64,000 nt of DNA from Trichosphaerium sp. ATCC 40318 (Eukaryota; Protista; Tubulinea), in assembly GCA_038496445.1 (NCBI GenBank), contig JALMLS010000354.1, positions 1-64,000 of the forward strand, written 5' to 3'. The notes beneath the pieces are model-generated. The model was not told the DNA's origin and searched no databases. It worked only from the letters and a program-made list of their open reading frames with translations. The stretch's first letter is position 1; every line of letters begins with the position of its first letter. Below, piece by piece: positions 49,875-62,149 of this stretch. A program made the position numbers and the translations under genes.

Positions 49875-52200
49875 ATGGATTTTTTAAACTCCAACGCTGA
49901 CATAAACGAAGAGGACGATAAAGTAGCAGAAGAAGTCGTTCCTTCTTTATTTGATCTCCCACAAGATGATAGTAGCGGTTATATTAACGACGACTTTCAA
50001 TCATCATTCAGCTCTAAAACAGACGTAAGTAATGTGCATTAGCTGCTTTAAAATAAAGCAACGGTCTAGACCGGTACTAACGATCAAAATGAGCCTCAAC
50101 GATAGAAATAGATTAAAATGCTAACATTATATAGGGAAAACGCCGTGGCGGCGAACTAGAAAGGGAGAAGCCAGCTAAAGTACTTTTTTATTCAATTTGG
50201 TACAAAACGTTTCTAACCCGTTCAACGTAGCGTCAACGGATAGAAACCGCAGTAAATGAAGAAGCTATGAGTCTATCCGAGGATTTACCAGCTATCCAAG
50301 AAGATGTCGTTTTGAATGAAGACGCAACTCAATCTTATGAACACGACTCTCCTCCACTACCATTAACGTATGTAACCAAAAAAGCTTTGAAAATTCCATG
50401 AAAAATTTAAAGGTTGCTCGAAACAACAAAAATGGTTTTTGTGATTGTCGTTGCAAACCTCCAACATAAATTGTCTTTACAGCCCTGGTAACGATCAAGA
50501 TCCAATTTATGTGGACTCACTACAAGAAGAAAGGTTAGGTATAGCCATACTAAACTCTTTAGCGTAAGTCATTACAGATATTTTGCTTTTTGATTGAATT
50601 TTGGTTTTTTTGGAAAACAAACAAAAAAAACTGTTGTCTTATCTTTTTAATTTAAGCGATGTATCGAGTAGTCAAACCCCAGTGTATGTTGCTGACACGC
50701 AACCGTTTGTCATTGATGAACAGCCATGGCTCAGTACGTATTTATTTACTCGAGTTTGACGCTGACAGTTCAACAGAAGATAGGGTGTATGACAATCCCG
50801 AAGATATGGCAGTTGCTGGCGTTGGTGCGTTTGAATTATATATTATATATATGTCTTCCCTTGCTTATACACTGTAGTGAGCGATTTTACATTTACAGCA
50901 CTCAACAATAGTATTGTGACGTCTGTACTGTCTTTCTTACCTATCGATGATTTTCTTTCTTGGCGTTTAGTATCAAAGCAATACTTGAATGTCATCGAAA
51001 CCACACCTACATGGGTCCTTGCTAGTAAGAAATTAACCACAGAAAAAACACACCAAACACACAGTCAACCATTCCAAGCAATGACTGTACTCAATGAACG
51101 TGTACGTCGGCAGAACTTCCAATTTTCAACTTGTTTTTTTTTTTGGTTTATTTTGTACAGTCTCTACCGGTCGTTAATTCCTTGAACAGATATTTATATC
51201 CAGGAAAGAAAGTCATTGTATAGAATCTTTATCTTGGGATGCTGATAACCACTTCAGTTTGGGCCATATTGCCGGGAAACCTCAAAAAGAAGGAGAGACA
51301 AAGCTTGTTGTAGGTAGATTTGAAGATGCAATGTTTGGGCGTATTACATCTATAGAATCTAGAGATGATTGTCTCTATGCCTGCGATATTGATAACTGCG
51401 TTATTTTATGTATAAATGTTGATTTACAGACTGTGGAAGTATTTGCAGGGTATCCAAAAGGATTATGGCACATGGGATGTGCTATTGATGGTCACATTAA
51501 GGCAGCTACTTTTAAGGCACCTTATAGCATCTCCTTTACAGATAATGCCGATCTTGTTGTTACAGACTGGACCAGACACTACCTCACAGAAAGTGAGCGC
51601 GAACTCTCACAGAAAGCTGATGATCGTACAATTCTGAACACATGTGCTTTGAGGAGAATATCATCAAAAACAATGTCAATACGGACTATGCATAAAGGAG
51701 TAGCAACGCCTCCTTCAAATTATAGTGGGCACTTAAAACGAGATGATGTGTCTCTATGTCATTTATATAACACGAATTTAAAAACTATATGTGTTGGCGA
51801 TGATATATATGTTTCTGATGGTGTGATGGTTCAAAGAGTGTCAAAGTATGGCTATGTGACATTGTTGATTGAGGATATGCCAAAAGGAACACTAACATTC
51901 GCTAAAGACGATAAAAATACTCTTTTCGTTGCTCATCCTTCTACAGGCCTTTGTATGATATTAGAAGGTACTCAGAGGTTATTGCGTGTTAAGACTACAA
52001 AAAAGTTATCGCACATCTTTGGGATGGTTTGTAAGAAACGTGAGCTCATTGTATGTTGTCGTGGTGACATTGAAGAAGGTTCCATCCTTCTTTATAAGAT
52101 ACTACTAGATAAGGGTGTTTCTATGCCTAAAAATACTGAGTCTCTACCTGCTTCTGATGACGCAAAGTCATCCAACTGCCTCCGTATTAAATGTGTTTAA
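49875..52200 (+). CDS. F-box plus NHL-like beta-propeller protein with acidic N-terminal region (joining of 49875-50750 to the F-box exon is uncertain)
   Basis: F-box LNNSIVTSVLSFLPIDDFLSWRLVSKQY; NHL-like DGHIKAATFKAPYSISFTDNADLVVTD. Confidence 0.7.
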
Positions 52201-52601
52201 ATTGTTTATGTTAATTCGAAAAAGTTATTAAGCCGTTCCCTGGGATTCTACATTCAAATAAAAACAGCTTAATATTGTACATAGTTCACGTGTCATGATT
52301 ATTTTGACTTTCACACAAGAGTTGCTAACTAAGCAGGCTGTCAAAACAAAATCCAAAAATAAATGCAATTTTTATTATTCACTTTGTTCTCATGAGAATT
52401 TCTGCTGAAGCAGTTTTAAATTCGTTTCCAGCGTTAGAAAGGTACTTCAGGCGCCGTCGAATAATTAAAGGTATTGACGTACGTCGCGGTCAAAGGGAAG
52501 TCAAATAGCACTTAATCGCGCAAACATCAAAGTGGGGAGATATTTGGCGTGAGCTCCGATAGGCGTATTGTTGCGTTTTATAATTGTTGCAATTGCTAAC
52601 A

Positions 52602-55600
52602 ATGTCAAAAAAGTATCCATCGCCTGAGGCAGTATGGGACAAACATACTACAAAGCTACTCGTACAAGGTACGATAAAAGCGGGTGTATTTGTAGCGTAT
52701 TTGTAACGAATTTAGTTGTTGAAGCCTCAGACCTAGCTGTTGATGGTACAACCAACTACGGTTGCGTTAAACGCGAAACTAATAAAAATAGCTAAAAGTG
52801 AGGTGGTTTGCAAAGTTACAATAGGAAAGAAGACGCTAGGTAAAACGAAGGTTGTTAAGAAGCAGGCTGCTAACCCTAGAGTACGAAATAATCAAATTTA
52901 CACGTACATTCACTAAAAATTTTTTTTCAAAAGTGGCACGAAACCTTTTTTGTACCGTACGTAGTAATGTTTGTTTGCATCTAAAAAGTACTTAAAAAAC
53001 CCAGAGACCCTGCTTCCACATCGTATGTGTCAGTAGAATTACATGACATCAAGGTACGCCCAAATTTGTAAGAAAATTTGATACCAGATTTTACCCGACT
53101 CTCCCCGATTCGCTGACTGTCTTTTAAAAGGGATTTGGACGTTCTTATATCGGCGGAGCAGTGATAACACAAATACACGCAATTTCAGCACGTGACGAGG
53201 TCATTGAAGAGTGGTAGGGCCCATGACACCGCAGTGCCAACCGTTTTTTTTTTTGGTTATTTTGTTGACACAGAGTGCCTTAGGTATCCTCTAGTAGCAC
53301 GTAAAGGAAAGAAAGATAAAGTATCAGGAAAGATAAGAGTCAGCATGTACTTTTCGTCTTCTCCTGAATCAAGATCTTTACTTGAGTCCGAAGAGGAGGA
53401 CATGTTTCTTTACAAGAATTATGTGCAACATTTTAAGGTACAATTTGGAGTTGGTATATTTGTTTTATTTGTGCTAACACAAAAATCGTAGACTGGCGAT
53501 TTGATAATATATTCAGGCACAGGCATAATATCAGGTGTAACAAAACTATCATCAAATTCTCCTTTCTCCAAAGTGGGCATGATTTTGAGATTGCCTAACA
53601 AGTACACTTTTTTTTTATTATAACGACAGACAAGGCTTACTTCTTTTTTTTTTTTCAAGGTGGACAAGACATCCTGAACTATATGTTGTAGAATCTACTA
53701 GAAATGTTGATAAAATGGTGGATGCTTTTACAGAAACACCTGATTTTGGTGTCAATGTCTTCCGCCTCTTTGAACGATTGCATCAGTTTCATGGCCCTTC
53801 CGTACGCTTGACACTAAAAATAGCTAACTTAGCCTTAACTTCGTAGGTATGGTGGTCACCTCTGTTGGATCCAGTCCCAAACGATAAAATAGATAGTACG
53901 CTAAACTGGCTATATCACGTGTCAACGAACAACAAGAACTACGACCAAAAAGACATTAGAAAAATTTGTGCAACAATCCCAGTAAGGAAAACAAATGTCT
54001 TTTCGTATGAATTTTCTTACACCTAGGGTTTTAGGTCCACTCTAGACTCAAAGCACATGGTCCTGCTTTAAGATGGATGACTAATACATTCGGCTACAAA
54101 CCCAAGGACCCTCACGAATTCGCAGAGCTTATGTCTTGCGACTTGGTAACAAAATTGCTTAAGTACGTCAAGTTTCAGTAGAAGAAATTCACTCAATGGT
54201 TAATTACCACCTAGGCGCATGAACAAACTTACCACTATTCCCAAGAATCCTACACCTGTCGATGTCATAAACTATGAGTGCTACGGAAAGCCGTTTATTA
54301 TACGTGTAAGGGCAAAATACTTCCATCCGGATATGCTTCCTGAGCATTTACGTAAAACTATACCTCAACCACGAGCAAGCAAGGTAAATTAACCACGTGT
54401 TGTCATTGTCGTTTCTAATGATACAAATAAGGCACAAAATAATCCTCTGATGGCAACAGGATTCTTTGCTGTTGGTCTACGTGATAACGAGCCACGTGCA
54501 AATTGGCAAGAAATATTCAAACCTCCTACACCTGATGATTCCGAGGATTCAACCTACGAACGAGGAGACGACTCAATATCGTCTGTAAGCAGAACAGATA
54601 GCAGCGAGAGAAATCTTCCAGCTGTACCAGAAGAACAACCAGAAAGTGTAGAGTCTGTACCTCAGAGTACAGCTAGCAAGGAAACTGATGAGTCAAACAC
54701 GTTGATTGATGTCTCTGACGATGACGACCCGAAACCTCTTCCGCCACCACCAGTAGTTACTGGCACAGTGACAGCAGATGCAATTACTACAGTGGACAAG
54801 ATGAAATATGTCAAAGGAGTAGCAAAGAGTACGTGAACGTTTGTTGACTTCAAATTGTTTTGATGCTGTAAAAAAAACATCCTCACATCCTATCTGCAGC
54901 GATGAATGTCATGACGGAACAGGCAATATTAAAATCCATGAAGCACGGTGCAACTATGCAGCGATACTATACAGATAAGAAGTGCAGAGAGCGCAAACTA
55001 AAATTGTCAGAAGATGAGACTGAGCTCATGTGCGGAAATACAAGTGTATCTGTTATAGACATGGATGAGATTCGTATTGGACAACATACGGATGCTTTTA
55101 AGAAGAGCAAAGGAGCAGATATACACGAAGCACTCAGCTTCTCTATCATGTATGGTAAGAGAGGAAAGAACCAATACGGATACAACAATAATTCTCTTGA
55201 TCTTGTTGCCAATACTGAACAAGGTACACGTGATTACTGATGACATATACCAACACTTATTATTCTCGTAGAGATGAAGCTATGGTCGAAGGGTGTAAAG
55301 TTCTTGCTACTTAGACAACGTGACCCAGAACATACGTTAGTAAGAAAGATATGGAAGAGGATTGGCAAAGAGAGTCTTAGAGTTGATCAAGCTGCAAGTG
55401 CTCTCTTGATGCTTAATTTCAAGATAAGCAAGAAAGATCTTCAATTACACTTTACTGTACGTCGGCATATGAAATGCGATAATATTTTAATTTGTTGATG
55501 TTTGTTTGATAGAGCTTTGGTGTACCTGATAAGGGTCAAATGTCCTTTGATACTTTTATTTTATTACTTCAAAAGCTTAGACATCGTCGTGAGATTGCTG

Positions 55601-57764
55601 AGTTATTCAGCAAGTACGCAGCTGGGAGCCATGTTCTTAATGAAGAACAACTCATTGAGTTTTTGCATAAAGAACAAAATGAAACGATGGTTGACTTAGA
55701 GACATGTAAATCTATCATCATGCGCTTCTCAACTGCAGTTCAACATACCCTCAGTATTGGTACGAACAAAGGAGAGGTAAATCCAATCTTACTTATCCTT
55801 TTCTTTTTAAAGGGGAAGTACCACAGCCGCCTCCTGGTATGCTATTAACAGAATTCGAAGCGTTTTTGACTTGCTCATTAAATAGTGTTCTTGCAGTTGA
55901 AGATCACGTGCGTAGAATATAGGTGACCTGCGGTTTAAAGTAATCTTTAACTTAGGAGATTACCCAAGACATGAGTCGTCCTATTACACACTACTGGATC
56001 AGTACATCCCACAACACCTACTTGGAAGGTCATCAACTTGCCGGAAACTCCTCGATAGAAATGTACATTCGTGTCTTGAAACAAGGATGCCGATGCGTTG
56101 AGTGTACGTCATTTGAACTGTTAATCAGTGATTACTAAGTAACATAATGTTTAGTGGATTGTTGGGATGGTAGTGATGGCGAACCTATTATTTTCCACGG
56201 TCACACGTTTGTTGGTAAAATCAAGTTTGCTGATGTCGTCGACGTTATCAACACCTATGCGTTTTATGCATCTGAGTACCCTGTTATTCTATCACTGGAG
56301 AACCACTGTTGTATTGAACAACAAAAGAAGATGGCTAAAGTCATGGTTGATATATTTGGCGGTACGTGCTTGAAATACCTTTACAGTAATATCTCTAATT
56401 GCCTCTTGAATAGACAAACTTGTGACTCCTGGAGACAGAAATGCAACTGACCACCCAGGATTCTTGCCTAGTCCCGAGTTTCTTAAAGGAAAAATCATAC
56501 TAAAGGTACCATTTTTTACCAGTGTTTGAAAAGGCATTGCTGGATATCAATTACTCACTCCACTATTTTTAAGGGTCGAATGCATACTGGTATTGATGCA
56601 GGTTATTTGAAGCTAAAGAAGGTAATGGCACTTGATGATTATGTGGCAACAGGACAAGGTGATGACGCGGAGTATGCTAAAAAGATTGAAAAAACAGAAC
56701 AATCAAAAGTAAAAGAAAACATTGCAGAGGAGCTCTCACATATCATTTTCTTAAAAGCAGTAACATTTAAGGGTTTTAGTGCTTCTCAACGTACGTTTTA
56801 AGACCGAATTTAGTTTCAAACACTCGTACTAACAGCCCTTGTTTTACAGAAAACTCACCTTGGGAAATGTCTTCATTCAGCGAACCAAAAGCCAAACAAA
56901 TTTGCAAGAAGGATAGGCACGTCAAAGCCTCATTAATCATTCGAATAATAGGACGTATTAATTGTTATTGTTTAGGTTACGTTTTAGAGAATACAATATG
57001 AAATACTTTGCACGTGTTTATCCACGTGGTACACGTTTTGGTTCTTCCAATTACAGCCCGTACTTGGCTTGGGATGCTGGTTGTCAGATGGTAGCTCTTA
57101 ATTGGCAGATGCCTGGTTTACCAATGTATCTCCATGAAGCTTTATTCAGAAGCCAGGGACGATGTGGATACATACTAAAACCGCCACATATGCGTGCTGC
57201 TGGATCAATCACTGCAGATCGATTAGCTTCAATTAAAGTCCGAGTTTTATCAGGCAGACAACTCCCAAAGGTTGATTCAATGTCTTCAACAGATATAATA
57301 GAACCATATATCAGTGTTCAAGTCTTTGGCAAAAAGGTAGATCGCAAAGAATGTACAACAGCAGCAATCAGTATCCGACCCATCCACAAATTTTTTTGTT
57401 TTTTTTTTGTTCATCTTTTTTTTTTCTTTAACGGCTGAAAGAAAAGAACGGTTTTAATCCTGTGTGGGACGAAGACTACTTTGAGTTCTCTATGACGAAA
57501 TCTCATGTTGATTACCTCGTCTTCCAGCTATTTGATAAGAACTCAGACTCCGCTATAGGGCACTACGGTGTACGTTTTATCAAAAGCATCTCCCTTTTTT
57601 GTTAATTAATATGGGTTTTTTAGCTTCCCGTTGAGTCAGTGAGACCTGGTTATCGCTTAGTACCTCTGTACAATGCCGGTTTAAAGAAGATTTTAATGGC
57701 TAATTTATTTTGTCATTTTATTCTCGTAGAAAAGGCCAATGATGCTGTTGCGCCAACTGTATAA
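52602..57764 (+). CDS. PLC: Phosphoinositide-specific phospholipase C: C2 - permuted papain-like - PH - EF - X - Y - C2 (multi-exon)
   Basis: [26 protein letters not shown](L/V)[57 protein letters not shown]. Confidence 0.93.
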
Positions 57765-58188
57765 TATCTGTCATTTGAAACCCTTTTGCTCGAAAGGTGA
57801 TGTAAAAATTAAAGAAACTACATGTTGTACTTTGTACTAAGTAAAAAATATTTTGAACATTCTGCGCACCAAGGTAGTAGGCCTATTTTGTTCGGGCGTA
57901 CACGACAGTATGTAAGGAAGGTTTTCACCTCCTTTTTGGCGTATACCCTTGACTTCCTTAAACGTACGTTGGCCAACTGATGCAAAGAGGTTTAAAGAAA
58001 GCTCTAGAGGGCTGTGGGAAGCCCAGCGGAGAAATACATCCGCAACATATAGGCAACAATCACGTTTTTTGTCAACAGTTGAGAATAACGTTATAAGAAG
58101 GCGTTTAGTCGCCAACACACATTTTCAATTGGCTTGAAACTTTGACATGAAAATTCGTCTGTCACCAAACATTTTAAAGTCACAACGA

Positions 58189-59458
58189 ATGTTCCAGCAA
58201 CGCCTAAAAGCGTCGTTAATCTGTTTCGCGCTATTATGCCCATATTTTGCGATGAGCATGTTATGCCCAGGCCAATACGCCGGCACACCACCTAGAGACC
58301 ACTCTCCTATACCTACAATTGGAGATTACAACAAAGCGTTGCAAGGGCTTGATATTAAGGATGTAATAGAAGAAATAAGGACAGTAATACATGATTCACA
58401 GGAATGCTGGCCAGCTGACGCGTTTAATGGCGCTCAAACATACGGTCCATTTTTTATTCGCCTTGCTTGGCATTGTTCCGGTAGTTACCGCGAAACTGAT
58501 GGCGCAGGCGGTTGTGGCGGTGGCAGACAACGTTTTGAGCCTGAAAGAAGTTGGGAGGACAACACAAACTTGGACAAGGCTCGTGCACTTCTAGCTCCGG
58601 TCAAGACTAAATATGGAGACGCCTTGAGCTGGGGAGATCTGCTAGTATTCGCAGGAACAGCCGCAATCATCGACATGGGCGGTCCTATTGACAAAATATG
58701 CGCTGGACGTGTTGATGACTCAGATGGTGCAAAGAGCCGCACACTCGGCCCTGGTCCTGAGGCACCTGATTGTCCTGTACAAGGAAACTGCCAAAGACCT
58801 ATTGGAACATCAACGATTGGATTGATCTATGTAAACCCAGAGGGATTCATGGGTAAGTCTTTTGATCTTCTTACTTTTTTTCGTTCTTTTGACTAACTCG
58901 GTTTTTTTTTTAAAAGGCACCCCTGAGCCTGTTAAGAGCGCTTTCCAAGTCCGAGATGTTTTCGGCCGTATGGACTTTGACGATAGAGAGACCGTTGCCT
59001 TGATTGGTGGCGGACACGCTTTTGGTAAATCTCACGGAGCTTGCCCTGCTGGCGCCGGTTTACCACCTAAAGATGACCCACTTAACCCATGGCCTGGTTT
59101 GTGCGGTACTGGTAAAGGTAATGATACGTTCACTAGCGGTATCGAAGGGCCTTGGACGACTAACCCTGATCAATGGGACAATGAGTACTTTAAGCTGCTA
59201 TTGAACCAGAAATACATATTACACAAGGGACCTGGTGACAAGTGGCAATGGAAGATTGATGGCGATGATTCTGGTCGTATGATGATGACCACAGACATCT
59301 CTCTGCTACATGACCCTAAATTCAAAGACCTCGTTGATGAATTCGCTCAGGATTTGGACGCCTTGAATACAGCTTTCGCTGGAGCATGGTACAAGTTGAC
59401 ACACAACGGTGGTGAATGGGCAAGCAACATGAAATGTGCTGACATCAGGTCTTACTAA
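58189..59458 (+). CDS. katG: Secreted catalase-peroxidase (KatG family), N-terminal domain only; one intron at 58853-58916
   Basis: YGPFFIRLAWHCSGSYR, DNTNLDKAR, GLIYVNPEG, FGRM...ETVALIGGGHAFGKSHG, TSGIEGPWT, AWYKLTH. Signal-like N-terminus; alternative ATG at 58147. Confidence 0.92.
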
Positions 59459-59675
59459 TATGTCACCTTCAATAAAATTGACCATCAAAATCTCGCTTTA
59501 GCACTTTTATTGCCGTGATCTCGGCGTGTTAGGCACTAAAAGACCTTCAAAGAATAGACGACGGATTTATCAAGGATATATGTCTGAAGTTTAGTTATGT
59601 ACATACAAACCAGCACAAGGGTTCCTTCGTTTCAACGTAATTTTTTTTTTGGCTTTTTTTTTTTTCTCGTTTTGT

Positions 59676-62045
59676 TTAAGCGGTTGTATCCATCGCATCC
59701 CCATCTTTCACTTCTTCACCTTCTTTCACCTCTTCTGCTGGCTTTGGTTCAGCAACTTTTTTAGTTCTGTAGATGCAAAGGTAGGCAATATCCCAATCAG
59801 CACCACCTAAGCAAACAATCGTAAACATCAAAAAAAATGATGAAGAAAAAAACCAAGGGTTTGCATACCTCTACCGCTGAGTGCTTCAATTTGTTCCCAT
59901 CTTACAGGAGTGACTTTTTCGTCATCATACAAAAGCCAATCATCTCTGTGCGGACCCTATAATAACGTTGAGCGGAGAGATTTGTGGAAGCAAGTCAATG
60001 ACGCTTGTTTTTTAAAAAAGTACCTTTCTGCAATAACAAACATAGTGACCACCATCAGCGTATCTTCCGCGATGACATAAAACAGCGACAAGCTCGTAAA
60101 TACCAGATTTGTTAACCATCTCACTTGGAGGTGTAACCTCATTTGGATCATCAGCAGTACTTGTGATATCTGCAATGTCTTCTCTGTATGGCTTCAATTG
60201 TTCTTTCAACTCATCAGTGCACAAGTCGTATGCGTCCAAGTGGAATGGAAAAGACACTGGCTAAAAATACAATGGCGTGTCAGTACTATTAAACTGAGAA
60301 GAAGGGTTGTTTGGGGTGATATCACGTGTTGTTTTGTACCTTACAAATTTTAGCACGCTTTTCAACTTTTTGTTTCCACATGAAACGAACGAATTGGATT
60401 GTTGTGCAATAAGGCAATCGAGATATCTTGGACTCTTTGAGGTACTCTGCTTCACCACCCAACGTAGGAGAGTGCTTACGAATGTGCTCTTGGAGGGACT
60501 ACAATGAAGACATATTTGTTAGTTTTTAAACAAGGTCACTTGGCCGCAAGGAGGGCGTACATTCTTTAGAGCAAGGCCCAAAAAGGCAGTGTTGCCATCA
60601 ATGTGACAAGGGATTTTTTGAAACGTGGTTTTCTTGGTTTGTTTACCTTCATCAGGTGCACCAATGCAAGACATACTTAAACAGAAAATGTCAATTGACA
60701 ACAGTAAAAAAAAAACTATGATTATTGTACGTCTCTGTCATTTCTCCTTGGAATATCTGTAGGGTGGATGTGTCACCTGGTGGTCCATCTCCTTGGAATC
60801 GAGGCAGTTTACGCAATGCTTGAAGTAATGCTGTCCAGCACTCTTCGGCGTCCTTGAAGTGTCAGCGATTATGAAGAAGTTGGGGACTTGAGAAAGAAAT
60901 GACAAAAAAAAAAGAAAAGAAATTCATAAATAAACATAAAAAAAATCAGTCGCGTACTTGTTGTAAGTACTTTCCACTTCTTTGTTGTGCGAACTGAGGG
61001 AAAGCAGCACGTAGCATCTAAATAAATTATAAATAAAATAATACAGGCTGTAGCAATGAAAGGAGACAATAAAGCTGACAGCTTCTTCGTCCTTTTTTTT
61101 TTTTTTTTGAAAACGTACAGCCACCAGAGGAATTGGTGCAACAGAGGTGTTACCGTATTCCAAAGCACCAATGACTTGTCTCAAGCATGTTGTAACATTA
61201 TTCATTGGGTCTTGACTAGTTGGGACGAATCTAGACGTCCAATAAGCATTTTAACAGTACAAGAATGCTTTAAACGTACTTTGCCAATGCACTCTTAAGC
61301 TCAGGTACAGTCTTCAAAGCTTGTACTGAGGCGCTCATGTAACAAGTGTTACCCAAATTTTTCAAGCCAAGACCTAACTACAGACGCGTGAGGAGGAATG
61401 CAAAGGACATTACAAACGAGCTTGCGCAGTTAACGTCGTTTTTTTCAAAAAACAAATTGTGTACGGCACAACACGGACCGATACACGCGGGAAAAGTTTA
61501 AATGGCTCATTGTTAAAGCAAAGCGTACATTCATGGACGCTGTTTGGGCCTCGTCTGGTAGATCCTCCAGGAAAACTTGTTTGGTTGTTGGAGCCTTCAC
61601 AAGTTCATCAGCACTTCCTTGCATGCGAAATGTCATGTTCTACAGTTTAATTAGTAATTATTCGTTCCTGTACTTTTTTTAAAAAACGTGCTACATACGT
61701 TCTTGATGCGCATTTTCGTTAGATCTGAGCCATCCTATGAACAGTTAGCCTCAATATGACATTCATTATACAAATACCTTCATTACACGCCCAGCAACGA
61801 CAACTAATACGGTTTAGCCCACGAACAGACGTCAATATATTGTTTGGTTAAAAGTGCTCTACGTACTTTTTTGTCGGTCTGGAGGTACATTAGACAGTGA
61901 GAATAACTGCGCCTTGAAGTCATCAACGGAACCAGTAAGGTCTAACTCCAGTTTGCGAAATGTCTTTGAGCCCCATTTAACGTTTACTATAACGCACGTT
62001 AACGGCACAACTTTTATCACATCACATACCTTTAACTTTGCTCAT
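59676..62045 (-). CDS. USP14: Ubiquitin-specific protease 14 / Ubp6 (multi-exon)
   Basis: UBL domain VKWGSK...SLSNVPPDRQK; GLKNLGNTCYMSAS; HRGRYADGGHY; GGADWDIAY. Confidence 0.95.
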
Positions 62046-62149
62046 GCTGTGACTAACTTTTTGTTGAGCTAAGTGCAGAAAAACAAAAATTTGCGTTTGT
62101 GAAAGCTGCTGACCATCAAAGTTATGCGATTAGCTCTGATGCCTGTGGT

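Noticed and set aside
53186-53195. Additional GCACGT GC donor in the PLC gene
   Set aside because: It lies inside a continuous coding frame ([11 protein letters not shown]).
6674-57764. Lipid-signalling gene cluster (Sec14, DGK, VASt, PLC)
   Set aside because: The genes are spread over 50 kb among unrelated genes, with no evidence of functional clustering.
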